Assembly: GCA_964621305.1 (NCBI GenBank)
Contig: CAZUOM010000007.1
Location: 5,422 to 69,421 of the forward strand
DNA: 64,000 bases
Source of the DNA: an uncultured Gammaproteobacteria bacterium
Lineage (GTDB): Bacteria > Patescibacteriota > Microgenomatia > UBA10105 > UBA927
Reading direction: 5' to 3'
Below the pieces are notes generated by a model that searched no databases, was not told where the DNA came from, and saw only the letters and a program-made list of their open reading frames with translations. This document shows positions 19,537 to 28,863 of this stretch, one piece after another. The position numbers were made by a program, and so were the translations under genes. Each line of letters starts with the position of its first letter. Positions within the stretch are counted from its first letter, which is position 1.

Positions 19537-20516
19537 TGATGAAAAACGTATTAGTTACTGGCGGGGCAGGATATATAGGAGCGTTATTGGTGCCACAATT
19601 ACTATCCCGCGGGTACTACGTAACAGTTCTTGATTTATTCCTTTATGGAGACGCGTTGGCAAAACACAAGAATCTTACTTTGGTAAAAGGCGATATCAGT
19701 GATAGGATGGTCATCGGGGAGACCTTACCCGGCGTTGACTGCGTCATTCACCTAGCGTGCATCTCTAACGATCCGAGCTTTGAGTTGAATCCGAAATTAG
19801 GAAAGTCAGTTAATCATGACGCAACCATTCAGCTTATTGACTTAGCCAAAACGGCAAGGGTTAAGCGTTTTATATATGCTTCAAGTTCCAGCGTCTACGG
19901 CGTCAAAAAAGAAAAAGATGTAACAGAAGATTTGCCTCTTGCGCCGCTGACGGATTATTCAAAGTATAAAGCGTTGTGTGAGGAGTATGTTTTGAAAAGT
20001 CAATCAAAAAATTTTACGACAGTGGTTTTGCGACCTGCTACAGTATGTGGGTTTTCTCCCCGGATGCGGCTTGATTTAACCGTGAACATGCTTACGATAC
20101 ATGCATTGGTGAATAAAAAAATTATCGTTTTTGGCGGGTCGCAACTCCGGCCTAACATTCATATAGCTGACATGTGCCGGGCATATGAGTTATTTTTGGA
20201 AGCTCCCGGTGAGTCGATTTCAGGAAAAATATTTAACGTAGGATATCAAAATCTTACTGTTATGGAAATTGCAAAAATGGTAAAACGAGTGCTTGCGGAT
20301 CGTTCGATAAAAATTGAAGTAAAACCAACCAACGATTTGCGCTCCTATCACATTTCTTCTGAAAAAATCAAAAAAGAACTGGGGTTTGTGCCGAAACACA
20401 CGGTTGAGGAAGCAATCATGGACATAAAGAAAGCATACGATCGCGGCTTTCTGCCGGACGCATTGACTGATAAACGATACTACAATATCCAGATGATGAA
20501 GTCAGTAACACTTTAA
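19536..20516 (+). CDS. NAD(P)-dependent sugar epimerase/dehydratase (extended SDR). It could be an HldD-like heptose 6-epimerase or a UDP-sugar epimerase.
   Basis: It has the Rossmann motif VLVTGGAGYIGALL, and YxxxK lies inside YSKYKALCEEY. Confidence 0.8.
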   Translation: MMKNVLVTGGAGYIGALLVPQLLSRGYYVTVLDLFLYGDALAKHKNLTLVKGDISDRMVIGETLPGVDCVIHLACISNDPSFELNPKLGKSVNHDATIQLIDLAKTARVKRFIYASSSSVYGVKKEKDVTEDLPLAPLTDYSKYKALCEEYVLKSQSKNFTTVVLRPATVCGFSPRMRLDLTVNMLTIHALVNKKIIVFGGSQLRPNIHIADMCRAYELFLEAPGESISGKIFNVGYQNLTVMEIAKMVKRVLADRSIKIEVKPTNDLRSYHISSEKIKKELGFVPKHTVEEAIMDIKKAYDRGFLPDALTDKRYYNIQMMKSVTL

Positions 20517-21463
20517 TGGAGAAAAAATTGCTTTATCAGATGTTGCGGATCCGCATGGTCGAGGAGGCGATTGCTGCCGAGTACGCGAAACAAGAGATGC
20601 GCTGCCCCACCCATCTCTGTATTGGACAAGAGGCAGTAAGCGTTGGCGTTTGTTCGGCGCTCAACAAAGAGGATGCGGTATTTTCCATGCACCGCAGCCA
20701 CGGGCACTACCTTGCGCGGGGAGGGAGTCTTCCTGCGATGATTGCTGAGCTCTACGGCAAAGCCACAGGTTGCAGCGGCGGAATCGGCGGTTCCATGCAC
20801 CTCATAGACAGATCAGTGAATTTTTTGGGAGCGACACCAATCGTTGCCGGATCTATCCCTGTTGCGGTTGGAGTTGCGCTAGCTCGTTTGATGCAAAATA
20901 AGCCGGGTGTCGCTGTAGCATTTTTTGGCGATGCGGCGCTAGAGGAGGGAACTGCCCATGAAAGCATGAATTATGCTTCCTTGAAAAAATTACCGGTTCT
21001 ATTTGTCTGCGAAAACAATCTTTATTCGACATTAACGCCTCTTGCATTGAGGCAGCCAAGGAGACCTATTTTTCAGGTGGCAAAGGGACATGAAACTGCC
21101 TCTTTTCAAGATGACGGCAATGATGTTTTAGCTGTTTGGCGCGTTGCGCAAAAAGCGCTTAAATTTATTCGATCCGGCAAAGGCCCAGTATTTCTGGAGC
21201 TTCTCACATATAGGTATCTTGAGCATTGCGGTCCAAACCCCGACCCGGATTCATTTCGGTCTATCAAAGAAGTCGCAGCATGGAGGAAAAAAGATCCGGT
21301 CGAGACGTTTAAACGATATTGTTTGCAGAAAAAAATAGTGCGTAAGGACGAAATACAAACTATGAAAAACGATATTTCAAAAGAAATTGAAAAAGCATTT
21401 ATTTTTGCAAAAAGTAGTCAGTTTTTAAACCTCAAACGCCTGGAGGATTTTGTCTATGCGTAA
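20516..21463 (+). CDS. TPP-dependent 2-oxoacid dehydrogenase E1 component, alpha subunit
   Basis: The sequence LYQMLRIRMVEEAIAAEY...HLCIGQEAVSVGV...HRSHGHYLARGG...GGIGGSMH is typical of PDH/acetoin-DH E1 alpha. Confidence 0.8.
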   Translation: MEKKLLYQMLRIRMVEEAIAAEYAKQEMRCPTHLCIGQEAVSVGVCSALNKEDAVFSMHRSHGHYLARGGSLPAMIAELYGKATGCSGGIGGSMHLIDRSVNFLGATPIVAGSIPVAVGVALARLMQNKPGVAVAFFGDAALEEGTAHESMNYASLKKLPVLFVCENNLYSTLTPLALRQPRRPIFQVAKGHETASFQDDGNDVLAVWRVAQKALKFIRSGKGPVFLELLTYRYLEHCGPNPDPDSFRSIKEVAAWRKKDPVETFKRYCLQKKIVRKDEIQTMKNDISKEIEKAFIFAKSSQFLNLKRLEDFVYA

Positions 21464-22529
21464 TTACAGAACCATTTCCTACGCTCAAGCTATCAAGGAT
21501 GCTCAGGAGCTAGCCCTCTCTCGTGACCCGTCGGTTTTTGTGATTGGCGAGGGAGTGCCGGATCCAAAAGGGATATTTGGGACTACAGTGGGACTGGCGG
21601 AAAAATTTCCGGCAAGAGTCTTAGACATGCCGGTTTCTGAAAATGGCATGACGGGTATTTGCATCGGAGCGGCTATTTCCGGTATGCGGCCGATCTTAGT
21701 TCACCAACGAATGGATTTTACGCTGTACTCTTTTGATCAAATAGTCAACAACGCCGCCAAGTGGTATTTTATGTTCGGCGGACAAGAGCCCGTACCGATG
21801 GTTATACGAATGATAATCGGCCGCGGTTGGGGACCAGGGCCGCAGCATTCGCAGAGTCTTCAAGCGCTCTTCGGTCATATTCCGGGATTAAAAGTTGTGA
21901 TGCCGGCAACAGTTTTTGATGCCAAAGGGCTCTTTATTTCGGCAATTGAAGACAACAACCCTGTAATTTTTATTGAGCATCGGTGGCTTCACAATTTGAC
22001 TGGCAACGTTCCAAAAGGATATTACACTGTGCCAATCGGTAAAGCCAAAGTTATTAAAAAAGGAACAGATATCACAATTGTTGCCACATCGTTTATGCTA
22101 ATTGAAACTTTGCGGATTGGTGCTGTTCTGGAGGAAAACGGGGTTTCAGCTGAAATTGTTGACGTTCGATCTATACGACCGTTTGATAGTAAAACTATTC
22201 TAACATCGGTTGCAAAAACCAGGCGACTCATCGTTTCTGATACTGGCTGGAAAACATTAGGGTTTGCCGCAGAGGTTTTGGCGCAGGTTACTGAAAGTGG
22301 CATTACGCTTAAGAATGCGGCTCAGCGCATTACCATCCCGGATATGCCTACCCCAACAAGCTGGAAACTGGCAGCGGACTATTATCCGACGAGCGTTGAC
22401 ATTTTGCGCGCCGGTTTACTAATGTGTGAAAAGACTACCAAAACAACGAACCAAATTGTCAAAGCATACAAAACAGCGATTAAAGGTTTTCCTGATCAGC
22501 CGGACCCGACCTTTACAGGACCGTTTTGA
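21450..22529 (+). CDS. TPP-dependent 2-oxoacid dehydrogenase E1 component, beta subunit (transketolase-like)
   Basis: The sequence ISYAQAIKDAQELALSRDPSVFVIGEGV...VLDMPVSENGMTGICIGAAISGMRPI matches E1 beta. It overlaps the alpha gene by 14 nt. Confidence 0.8.
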   Translation: MSMRNYRTISYAQAIKDAQELALSRDPSVFVIGEGVPDPKGIFGTTVGLAEKFPARVLDMPVSENGMTGICIGAAISGMRPILVHQRMDFTLYSFDQIVNNAAKWYFMFGGQEPVPMVIRMIIGRGWGPGPQHSQSLQALFGHIPGLKVVMPATVFDAKGLFISAIEDNNPVIFIEHRWLHNLTGNVPKGYYTVPIGKAKVIKKGTDITIVATSFMLIETLRIGAVLEENGVSAEIVDVRSIRPFDSKTILTSVAKTRRLIVSDTGWKTLGFAAEVLAQVTESGITLKNAAQRITIPDMPTPTSWKLAADYYPTSVDILRAGLLMCEKTTKTTNQIVKAYKTAIKGFPDQPDPTFTGPF

Positions 22530-23641
22530 GTATGAAAGTTCCATACGTATATTTGCGAAAACAGTTTGCCAAGCCAGGAAGCTATCTGCGAGATCTAGAG
22601 AAAATTGCCAAACGGGGTGATTTTACACTAGGGAGGGAGGTCAGACTATTTGAAAAGCGTGCAGCCTCTCTTCTGGGCGCCAAATTTGCAATTGGGGTTG
22701 GAAACGGCACCGACGCATTATATTTATCGCTCAAAGCTTTAGGTATTGGTCCGGACGACGAAGTAATAACTGCTCCCAACAGTTTTGTTGCAACGGCAGC
22801 GGCAATTGCTCTCACCGGCGCGAGGCCGGTGTTCGCGGATGTTCTCGACGATTACACGATCGACCCAGCGCTTATAGAAAAAGCCGTTACTAAAAAAAGT
22901 AAAATAATAATTCCGGTTCACCTGACCGGCCAGCCCTGCGACATGGGGTCAATCATGGCGATTGCCCAAAAGTACAACCTTTTTGTCGTTGAAGACGCAG
23001 CGCAAGCTTTTTTGGCTAAATACGATGGGAAATATTTGGGCACATTAGGTACGACCGGAGCTTTTAGTTTTCACCCTTTGAAAATACTCCACGTATGGGG
23101 AGACGGAGGGCTTATCGTCACAAATGACGAGAAAGTAGCTGTGAAACTAAGGCTCTGGCGCAATCACGGATTGAAAACTAGGAACGAAGTTGAGTTTTTT
23201 GCCAACAACAGTAGGCTTGATACCATCCACGCGGCAATTGCCCTGCGCATGCTTGGGCAGTTGCCGGGCATTGTGAAAAAACGCCAGCAGATTGCGGCAG
23301 AATACGACCGCTTGATTAAAGATCTTGCGCCACACGTTCGTCTGCCGGCCCGCACAATTTCCCAAAAACCAATTGCGCATACCTTCACCAACTACGTTGT
23401 AATGTGCGCAAGGCGCGACGAGCTTATTGCGTTTCTTGCCAAAAAAGGCATTGAAGCGGTAGTCCAGTATCCGACACCCATACACCTGCTGAAAGCAGCC
23501 CGCTATTTGGGATATAAAAAGGGAGATTTCCCCGTCTGCGAGAAGCAGGCCGATACCATCGTCACTTTCCCGTGTAACCAGTACATGACTACAAGAGATG
23601 TAGAGCATGTGGCCCATGCGATAAAAGAATTTTATGACTAA
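22526..23641 (+). CDS. DegT/DnrJ/EryC1-family PLP-dependent sugar aminotransferase
   Basis: Motifs include GVGNGTDALYLSLKALGIGPDDEVITAPNSFVATA and FSFHPLKILHVWGDGG. Confidence 0.85.
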   Translation: MSMKVPYVYLRKQFAKPGSYLRDLEKIAKRGDFTLGREVRLFEKRAASLLGAKFAIGVGNGTDALYLSLKALGIGPDDEVITAPNSFVATAAAIALTGARPVFADVLDDYTIDPALIEKAVTKKSKIIIPVHLTGQPCDMGSIMAIAQKYNLFVVEDAAQAFLAKYDGKYLGTLGTTGAFSFHPLKILHVWGDGGLIVTNDEKVAVKLRLWRNHGLKTRNEVEFFANNSRLDTIHAAIALRMLGQLPGIVKKRQQIAAEYDRLIKDLAPHVRLPARTISQKPIAHTFTNYVVMCARRDELIAFLAKKGIEAVVQYPTPIHLLKAARYLGYKKGDFPVCEKQADTIVTFPCNQYMTTRDVEHVAHAIKEFYD

Positions 23642-24335
23642 CGCAGTTACAGTAATCATGCCAGCGTTTAATGAGGAAAAAAATCTTGCTACGGCTGTTG
23701 CTAGCGCAACCAGAATTCTAAAAAAGACAGTTGAAGACCGCGAAATTATCATCATCGATGACGGATCAAAAGATGCGACTGGTCACGTTGCAGAAATTCT
23801 CGCCAAAAAAGATTCTCATATCCGGCTGATCCACAACAAAAAAAACATGGGATTAGGTAGCGGCCTGCGGCAGGGCATCAAGGCCGCACGCAAAACATAT
23901 GTGACACTATATCCGAGCGACAACGAAATGGATGCACAATCATTTCGGGATCTCGTTACTGCACGACACAAAGCAGACCTCGTAAGCTCATACACCGCCA
24001 ACCCCGAGGATCGGCCGTGGGTGCGACGGCTGATATCATCGTCGTTTGTGTTTTTGATCAATATATTGTTTGGATTGCGGCTTAGGTACTATACCGGGCC
24101 GTTTATCGCCAAAACCAAGTTATTGCAGAAAATTAAACTCGCTTCCGACGGCGTGACTCTTCTTGCGGAACTCAAAATCAGACTGCTCGCCCGGGGAGCG
24201 AGTTTTTCAGAAATTCCGTTTTTTTTTCGACAGAGACGATATGGAAAGGCAACGCTTTTTCGTTGGAAAACTGTACATCAAACTTTATTTACCCTATCCG
24301 TTCTTTTCCATGATAAACTTCTGGGGCGGCTATGA
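23634..24335 (+). CDS. Family 2 glycosyltransferase (DPM1-like)
   Basis: Motifs include VIMPAFNEEKNL and IIIIDDGSKDATG. A T9 homopolymer lies inside the gene at 24219-24227. Confidence 0.8.
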   Translation: MTNAVTVIMPAFNEEKNLATAVASATRILKKTVEDREIIIIDDGSKDATGHVAEILAKKDSHIRLIHNKKNMGLGSGLRQGIKAARKTYVTLYPSDNEMDAQSFRDLVTARHKADLVSSYTANPEDRPWVRRLISSSFVFLINILFGLRLRYYTGPFIAKTKLLQKIKLASDGVTLLAELKIRLLARGASFSEIPFFFRQRRYGKATLFRWKTVHQTLFTLSVLFHDKLLGRL

Positions 24336-24814
24336 TAAGTCTCATTTTGTCACTAGCGGTTTTTACGGTATTTTTCTTTCTTCATGTCATCATCCACCGC
24401 GTTTCTGCGGGTTTCGGGTTGGTGCAAATCGTGTATGCAACAGTTTTTCTGGCCGGGTTTATAATTCTGGTTTTGGTAACTAGGACTATGCCACTGCCTG
24501 TTGCTGCCGCGTTTTTATATATTTTGTTGGTCGCAAGCCACTTTTTATTTTTCTTCAGTTTTTATTTTGAAGGCGAAAGTCCGTCAGTTGGTCTCATGAC
24601 AATCTTAAAAGTTCGCGGCCCATTAAAAGAAAGTCAGCTTCACGAGTATTTTTCAGAAGAGGCATTATTTGGTAATCGGTTGAAGATGCTTGCTGATGCC
24701 GGATATATAGAGATAAGAGATGACCGCTACATAATAACTAAGAAAGGAAAAATCTTTGCAGGGTTGTTTGAAAATTACAGAAGACTTCTCCGTTGGGATA
24801 AAGGTGGATTATGA
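24332..24814 (+). CDS. Small membrane protein: 3-4 TM helices plus a ~70-aa soluble C-terminal domain. It may be a GtrA-like flippase accessory.
   Basis: It has hydrophobic N-terminal helices and a C-terminal tail ...YIEIRDDRYIITKKGK. It lies between the GT2 and GT-C genes and overlaps neighbours by 4 bp. Confidence 0.35.
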   Translation: MISLILSLAVFTVFFFLHVIIHRVSAGFGLVQIVYATVFLAGFIILVLVTRTMPLPVAAAFLYILLVASHFLFFFSFYFEGESPSVGLMTILKVRGPLKESQLHEYFSEEALFGNRLKMLADAGYIEIRDDRYIITKKGKIFAGLFENYRRLLRWDKGGL

Positions 24815-25320
24815 ATCTCGTGGATTTTCAAATTGTGTCAACGGCAGCGGTTGCATTTTTGGTATTTGTCGCCTGCCAAATATTGGTGTTTCGGAGAATT
24901 GATCATCGTATGGCTGTTGTCTGGTTTATCCGTATATTAGCCTCGGTCGGAATTTTACTTTTCACTGCAAACGCCCTGTACGGGTCGCTGTTTGCCGGAT
25001 TTTTTGCATTTATTCTGTACATGGTTGCCAGCTGCGCGTACTTTATGGGTGTATTTGGACTTCTTGCTACGTCCGTACGCATCCGACTGCTTTGTGAAGT
25101 TGCTGCGGCAGGAGAGCAGGGGGTTACCTGGGATCAACTACTGCGAAAGTATAACAAACGGATGATCATTAAAAAGCGCCTGGAGCGGTTTGTAGCAAGC
25201 GGAGAGGTGGTTTTGCGAGATCGGAAATATTACATAAAAGAAGGGCTTACTTTTTTTCGCCTGCCGACTATCCTACTATCCCTGATGAAGACTATATGCG
25301 GAGTTTCAATAAGTAAATAA
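24811..25320 (+). CDS. Small membrane protein, tandem paralog of the 24332-24814 ORF
   Basis: The architecture is similar, with 4 TM helices and a C-terminal tail ...VVLRDRKYYIKEGL. Confidence 0.35.
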   Translation: MNLVDFQIVSTAAVAFLVFVACQILVFRRIDHRMAVVWFIRILASVGILLFTANALYGSLFAGFFAFILYMVASCAYFMGVFGLLATSVRIRLLCEVAAAGEQGVTWDQLLRKYNKRMIIKKRLERFVASGEVVLRDRKYYIKEGLTFFRLPTILLSLMKTICGVSISK

Positions 25321-25326
25321 TCGCGC

Positions 25327-26490
25327 ATGAAAAAAAATAAACGTTTTTTTATTATCCTTTTTGTTTTAGGATTTATTTTTCGGTTGTTTCTAGCCTTACA
25401 AGCCTACGATACTCTAGTTTTTGATGCCAAAGGATATTCTGATTTTGCGATTGACTTCCTCAATGGAAAGCCGGCAATAGACTGCTGTGCAAAAAATGTT
25501 GGGTACGGCGCATTTCTTGCTCTTGTCTATAAACTTTTTGGTGTTGAAAATATAGTCGCCGTTAGACTCGTACACATCATTATTGATCTTGTAACCGCGG
25601 GCATGATATATAAAATTGCCCTGCGCATTTTTTCTAAAAAGGCAGCAATATTTTCCATCATACTGTATCTTTTCAACCCCTTTACTAGTGCATTTACCGG
25701 ACTTGTGATGGCAGAGACGGTTTCTATATTTCTTGTTGTTGCTCTCTTATTTTTCCTGACTAGAGCCTCGTTCCCGAGCGACAAAAAGTTGTGGTTTGTA
25801 TTTGGGATAGCGGCAGGGGCGCTCCTTTTTACTAGACATTCGTTTTACTATTTTCTTCCCTTATTATTAGTTGTACTGACTATGCTGGTAGGCAACATTC
25901 GATTTTTGCCGATTGCGGGCGCTGGGTTTTTGCTTGCATCTTCTTATTCACTGATTGTTTATTATAAAACTTTTGGTAAACTGTCTCTTGTCCCTCCGTA
26001 TAACCTGAAATACGAAATTATTTATCTAAATTTCTGGCGGTGGCACTACCCGGAGGTGGAATTTAAGGGAGAACTTGCCGAGTATCGACAGGTTGTCCAG
26101 GGATATTGGAATACGCCTCTGGAGGGCAAAGCCAGCCATTCGGAAAAATACAAGCAGCTGCTTTTATCACGGCTTCCAAAAGAGTGGCCAACTTTTATTT
26201 CTAACATCGCCGTCAATATCATTTGGCTTTGGGATAAAGATCATCTTTATACATATGTGGACCCCTTTTATCCAGCCGACCGTTGGCCCTTGCGGATTAT
26301 AAATGTCGCGCTCATATTGCTTTGGGCAGTCGGGATGATCAAAGGGGCGCGCAAAGAGCCGGTGTTTCTTTTTTCTGTACTTTTATTTTTCTATATTACG
26401 TTTCTTTTTTCGCTTCTTTCAAATGAGAGCAGACACACGTTGGTATATTATCCTATATTGAGCTTATGGGCGGGGAGGGCGTTTGCATGA
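25327..26490 (+). CDS. ArnT/PMT-like GT-C membrane glycosyltransferase (GT39/GT83-like)
   Basis: There is an extracytoplasmic loop motif after TM1 (FDAKGYSDFAI), and the conserved YLFNPFT is shared with the gene at 28860-30095. About 11 TM helices are predicted. Confidence 0.55.
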   Translation: MKKNKRFFIILFVLGFIFRLFLALQAYDTLVFDAKGYSDFAIDFLNGKPAIDCCAKNVGYGAFLALVYKLFGVENIVAVRLVHIIIDLVTAGMIYKIALRIFSKKAAIFSIILYLFNPFTSAFTGLVMAETVSIFLVVALLFFLTRASFPSDKKLWFVFGIAAGALLFTRHSFYYFLPLLLVVLTMLVGNIRFLPIAGAGFLLASSYSLIVYYKTFGKLSLVPPYNLKYEIIYLNFWRWHYPEVEFKGELAEYRQVVQGYWNTPLEGKASHSEKYKQLLLSRLPKEWPTFISNIAVNIIWLWDKDHLYTYVDPFYPADRWPLRIINVALILLWAVGMIKGARKEPVFLFSVLLFFYITFLFSLLSNESRHTLVYYPILSLWAGRAFA

Positions 26491-27419
26491 ACGCTGTCGT
26501 TACCGGAGCCGCCGGATTTATCGGCAGCCACTTGGTGGAGCGGCTTTTGGCTGATAGGCACCGCGTGACTGGCCTAGACGTGGCAGGAAAGCATAGCGTA
26601 GACCTCTCACAAGAAAATAATTTGGAAAAGTACTTCCGGCGGGTCGATTGGGTGTTTCACTTGGCCGGCTATTCCGACATCGTCCCGTCGATCCTTCGTC
26701 CCGCCGAGTACACCCAAGCTAACGTCACGGCAACTGTCAATGTGCTCGAGGCCTGCCGCAAGGCAAAGGTGGCTAAGTTCATATATTTAGCCTCATCAAC
26801 CTGCTACGGCAAGAATCCTCCGGTTCCAACTCCAGAAACGGCACCCATTGCGACGCAGTTTCCCTACGCGTTAACTAAGTACATCGGAGAGCTCTATGCA
26901 CTTCACTGGGCGAAAGTTTATAAATTACCGGTTATCAGTTTGCGACTTTTTAATGTCTACGGTCCCAGGAGCCGTGCATCAGGCGAATACGGCCCTGTTT
27001 TTAGCACGTTCATGGCCCAGAAACTTCATGGAAAACCTCTGACGGTTGTAGGAGACGGCAGTCAGAAGAGGGATTTTGTTTTTGTAGCTGATGTAGTCGA
27101 GGCGATTATTCTTGCCGCTAAATCAAAAATTGTTGGCGAGATTTTTAATGTAGGCACCGGAAAGCCTCACACGGTTAATGAACTTGTTAAACTTCTTGGT
27201 GGTCCGGTTGTTCATATTCCCAAGCGCCCCGGGGAACCCTCGGCAACGCATGCAGATATTACCAAAATTAAAAAATTTCTCGGTTGGGGGCCGAAAGTTT
27301 CGTTTGAGGAAGGAGTAAAAATAGTCCTTGAGCACATCAATGACTGGAAAGATGCTCCTGTCTGGACACCGGCGACCATCAAAAAGGCGACTAAAGAGTG
27401 GTTTAAATTTTTGACCTGA
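26487..27419 (+). CDS. NAD-dependent epimerase/dehydratase (extended SDR, UDP-sugar 4-epimerase / decarboxylase-like)
   Basis: The sequence VVTGAAGFIGSHLVERLL is present, and YxxxK lies in YALTKYIGELY. The start is called at MNAVV, overlapping the previous stop by 4 bp. Confidence 0.85.
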   Translation: MNAVVTGAAGFIGSHLVERLLADRHRVTGLDVAGKHSVDLSQENNLEKYFRRVDWVFHLAGYSDIVPSILRPAEYTQANVTATVNVLEACRKAKVAKFIYLASSTCYGKNPPVPTPETAPIATQFPYALTKYIGELYALHWAKVYKLPVISLRLFNVYGPRSRASGEYGPVFSTFMAQKLHGKPLTVVGDGSQKRDFVFVADVVEAIILAAKSKIVGEIFNVGTGKPHTVNELVKLLGGPVVHIPKRPGEPSATHADITKIKKFLGWGPKVSFEEGVKIVLEHINDWKDAPVWTPATIKKATKEWFKFLT

Positions 27420-27426
27420 ATTTTAC

Positions 27427-28194
27427 ATGACTATCAAAATTTTACAGCTCAATATAGAAAAAGGCAGATTTTTGGATGCGGTTGTCGGTTATATAAGACG
27501 ACATTTGTTTGACATCGTGTGCCTCCAGGAAGTGGCTGGGGGAAGGCTGGCCTCCCAAGGCAAAAACTGTTACGAAACAATTACCGCCTTCACGGGTATG
27601 CACGGGGAGCTTGCCGTGTACCTGAACATCAAAGGCGACACATCTTCGTTTATCGGCAACGCGACGTTGTTTCGGAATGAATTGCACTTGGCTTTCAGTC
27701 ATACGATATGGCTTAAACCATACCAGGAAAAGCCGGATCCTAAGTCCATTGATTTTCGTAACGTTGCACGTTGTGCGTTGGCAACCATCCTAACGCGCGG
27801 TGGTAAGGAGATCCTCGTCGTCAACACGCATCTGGCGTGGGGGCCGACCCCCAACGATGCGCTGTATAAGCGCAACCAAGCAGAAAAATTATACAGATGG
27901 ATCAAAAGGAATATGAACGTACCGTTTCTTTTGAGTGGAGATTTTAACCTCAATCCGCAAACAAAAATTGTAACATCGTTCAGTAGCCTTGGTGTCAATT
28001 TGACGAAGAAGTATCGTATTACCAATACTCTCAACCCCAGGTTCCACTACGCCAAAAACTTGTTCCCATCCGGTCTGCCGGTAGACTATATCATCGCCGA
28101 CCGGCGCCTCAAGGTCAATGAGTTTTACGTAGAAGAAAAAGCTGATCTCTCCGATCACTACGGCCTGGTCGCGGAAATTTGCATTGACAAATGA
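27427..28194 (+). CDS. Endonuclease/exonuclease/phosphatase (EEP) family protein
   Basis: Motifs include ILQLNIEKG, DIVCLQEV, VVNTHLAWG and SDHYGLVAEI. Confidence 0.7.
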   Translation: MTIKILQLNIEKGRFLDAVVGYIRRHLFDIVCLQEVAGGRLASQGKNCYETITAFTGMHGELAVYLNIKGDTSSFIGNATLFRNELHLAFSHTIWLKPYQEKPDPKSIDFRNVARCALATILTRGGKEILVVNTHLAWGPTPNDALYKRNQAEKLYRWIKRNMNVPFLLSGDFNLNPQTKIVTSFSSLGVNLTKKYRITNTLNPRFHYAKNLFPSGLPVDYIIADRRLKVNEFYVEEKADLSDHYGLVAEICIDK

Positions 28195-28222
28195 CTCTCA
28201 TTGTCATAGAATTGGTATTGCT

Positions 28223-28453
28223 ATGGATGTAATCGCTACCATCACGCCCAAGTTTCAGATCCACATCCCGGTCGCAATTCGAAAAAAGGCCGGATTTACG
28301 CAGCACGGGCTTGTGCGGATGCGCGCGGACAGGGGCAGGATCGTTATCGAAAAAAGGAAAGGGAAGAGCATCTTAGATCTTGCAGGCGCATTCCGAGTAA
28401 AAAATCCCATTCCGGCCGATAAAATACGGGACTACATTGACTATTCTCGATGA
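28223..28453 (+). CDS. vapB: AbrB/SpoVT (swapped-hairpin) family antitoxin, paired with the downstream PIN toxin
   Basis: The sequence MDVIATITPKFQIHIPVAIRKKAGF is an AbrB/MazE-type DNA-binding fold. The gene overlaps the PIN gene by 4 bp. Confidence 0.55.
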   Translation: MDVIATITPKFQIHIPVAIRKKAGFTQHGLVRMRADRGRIVIEKRKGKSILDLAGAFRVKNPIPADKIRDYIDYSR

Positions 28454-28863
28454 AAATATTCTTAGATACGAACGTCTTTGTCCGATTCTTCATGCCGGAG
28501 GACGAACAGACGCATGTGGTAGTCCGATCGGTTATCGACCTCTGCGCGACGGGAGGGTTTCGACCATACACGTCCTCTTTCGTGCTTTTGGAATGCTCCT
28601 TTGTGCTTGGCCGTATCTATAGTTTCCCCGATGATCGCGTGCAGGACTGTCTTGAGAAAATTATTGCAACGCGTAACATGACGGTTGTGGATACGTGTGA
28701 TAGCAAAAAAGCCTTGGCCTTGTGGAAGAAAACGCGCGTAAAGTTTACTGACTGCCTCATCGCGACCCAAGTGCCGCAGGGCGTGACCATCGTCACGTAC
28801 GACCGCGATTTTGCCAAACTCCCGGTGAAAGCGAAAACACCCAAGGAAGTTCTCGGATCATGA
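28450..28863 (+). CDS. vapC: PIN-domain ribonuclease toxin
   Basis: It starts MKIFLDTNVFVRFF (first acidic residue in LDTN), with later D/E residues, TDCLIATQ and IVTYDRDFAKL. Confidence 0.8.
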   Translation: MKIFLDTNVFVRFFMPEDEQTHVVVRSVIDLCATGGFRPYTSSFVLLECSFVLGRIYSFPDDRVQDCLEKIIATRNMTVVDTCDSKKALALWKKTRVKFTDCLIATQVPQGVTIVTYDRDFAKLPVKAKTPKEVLGS

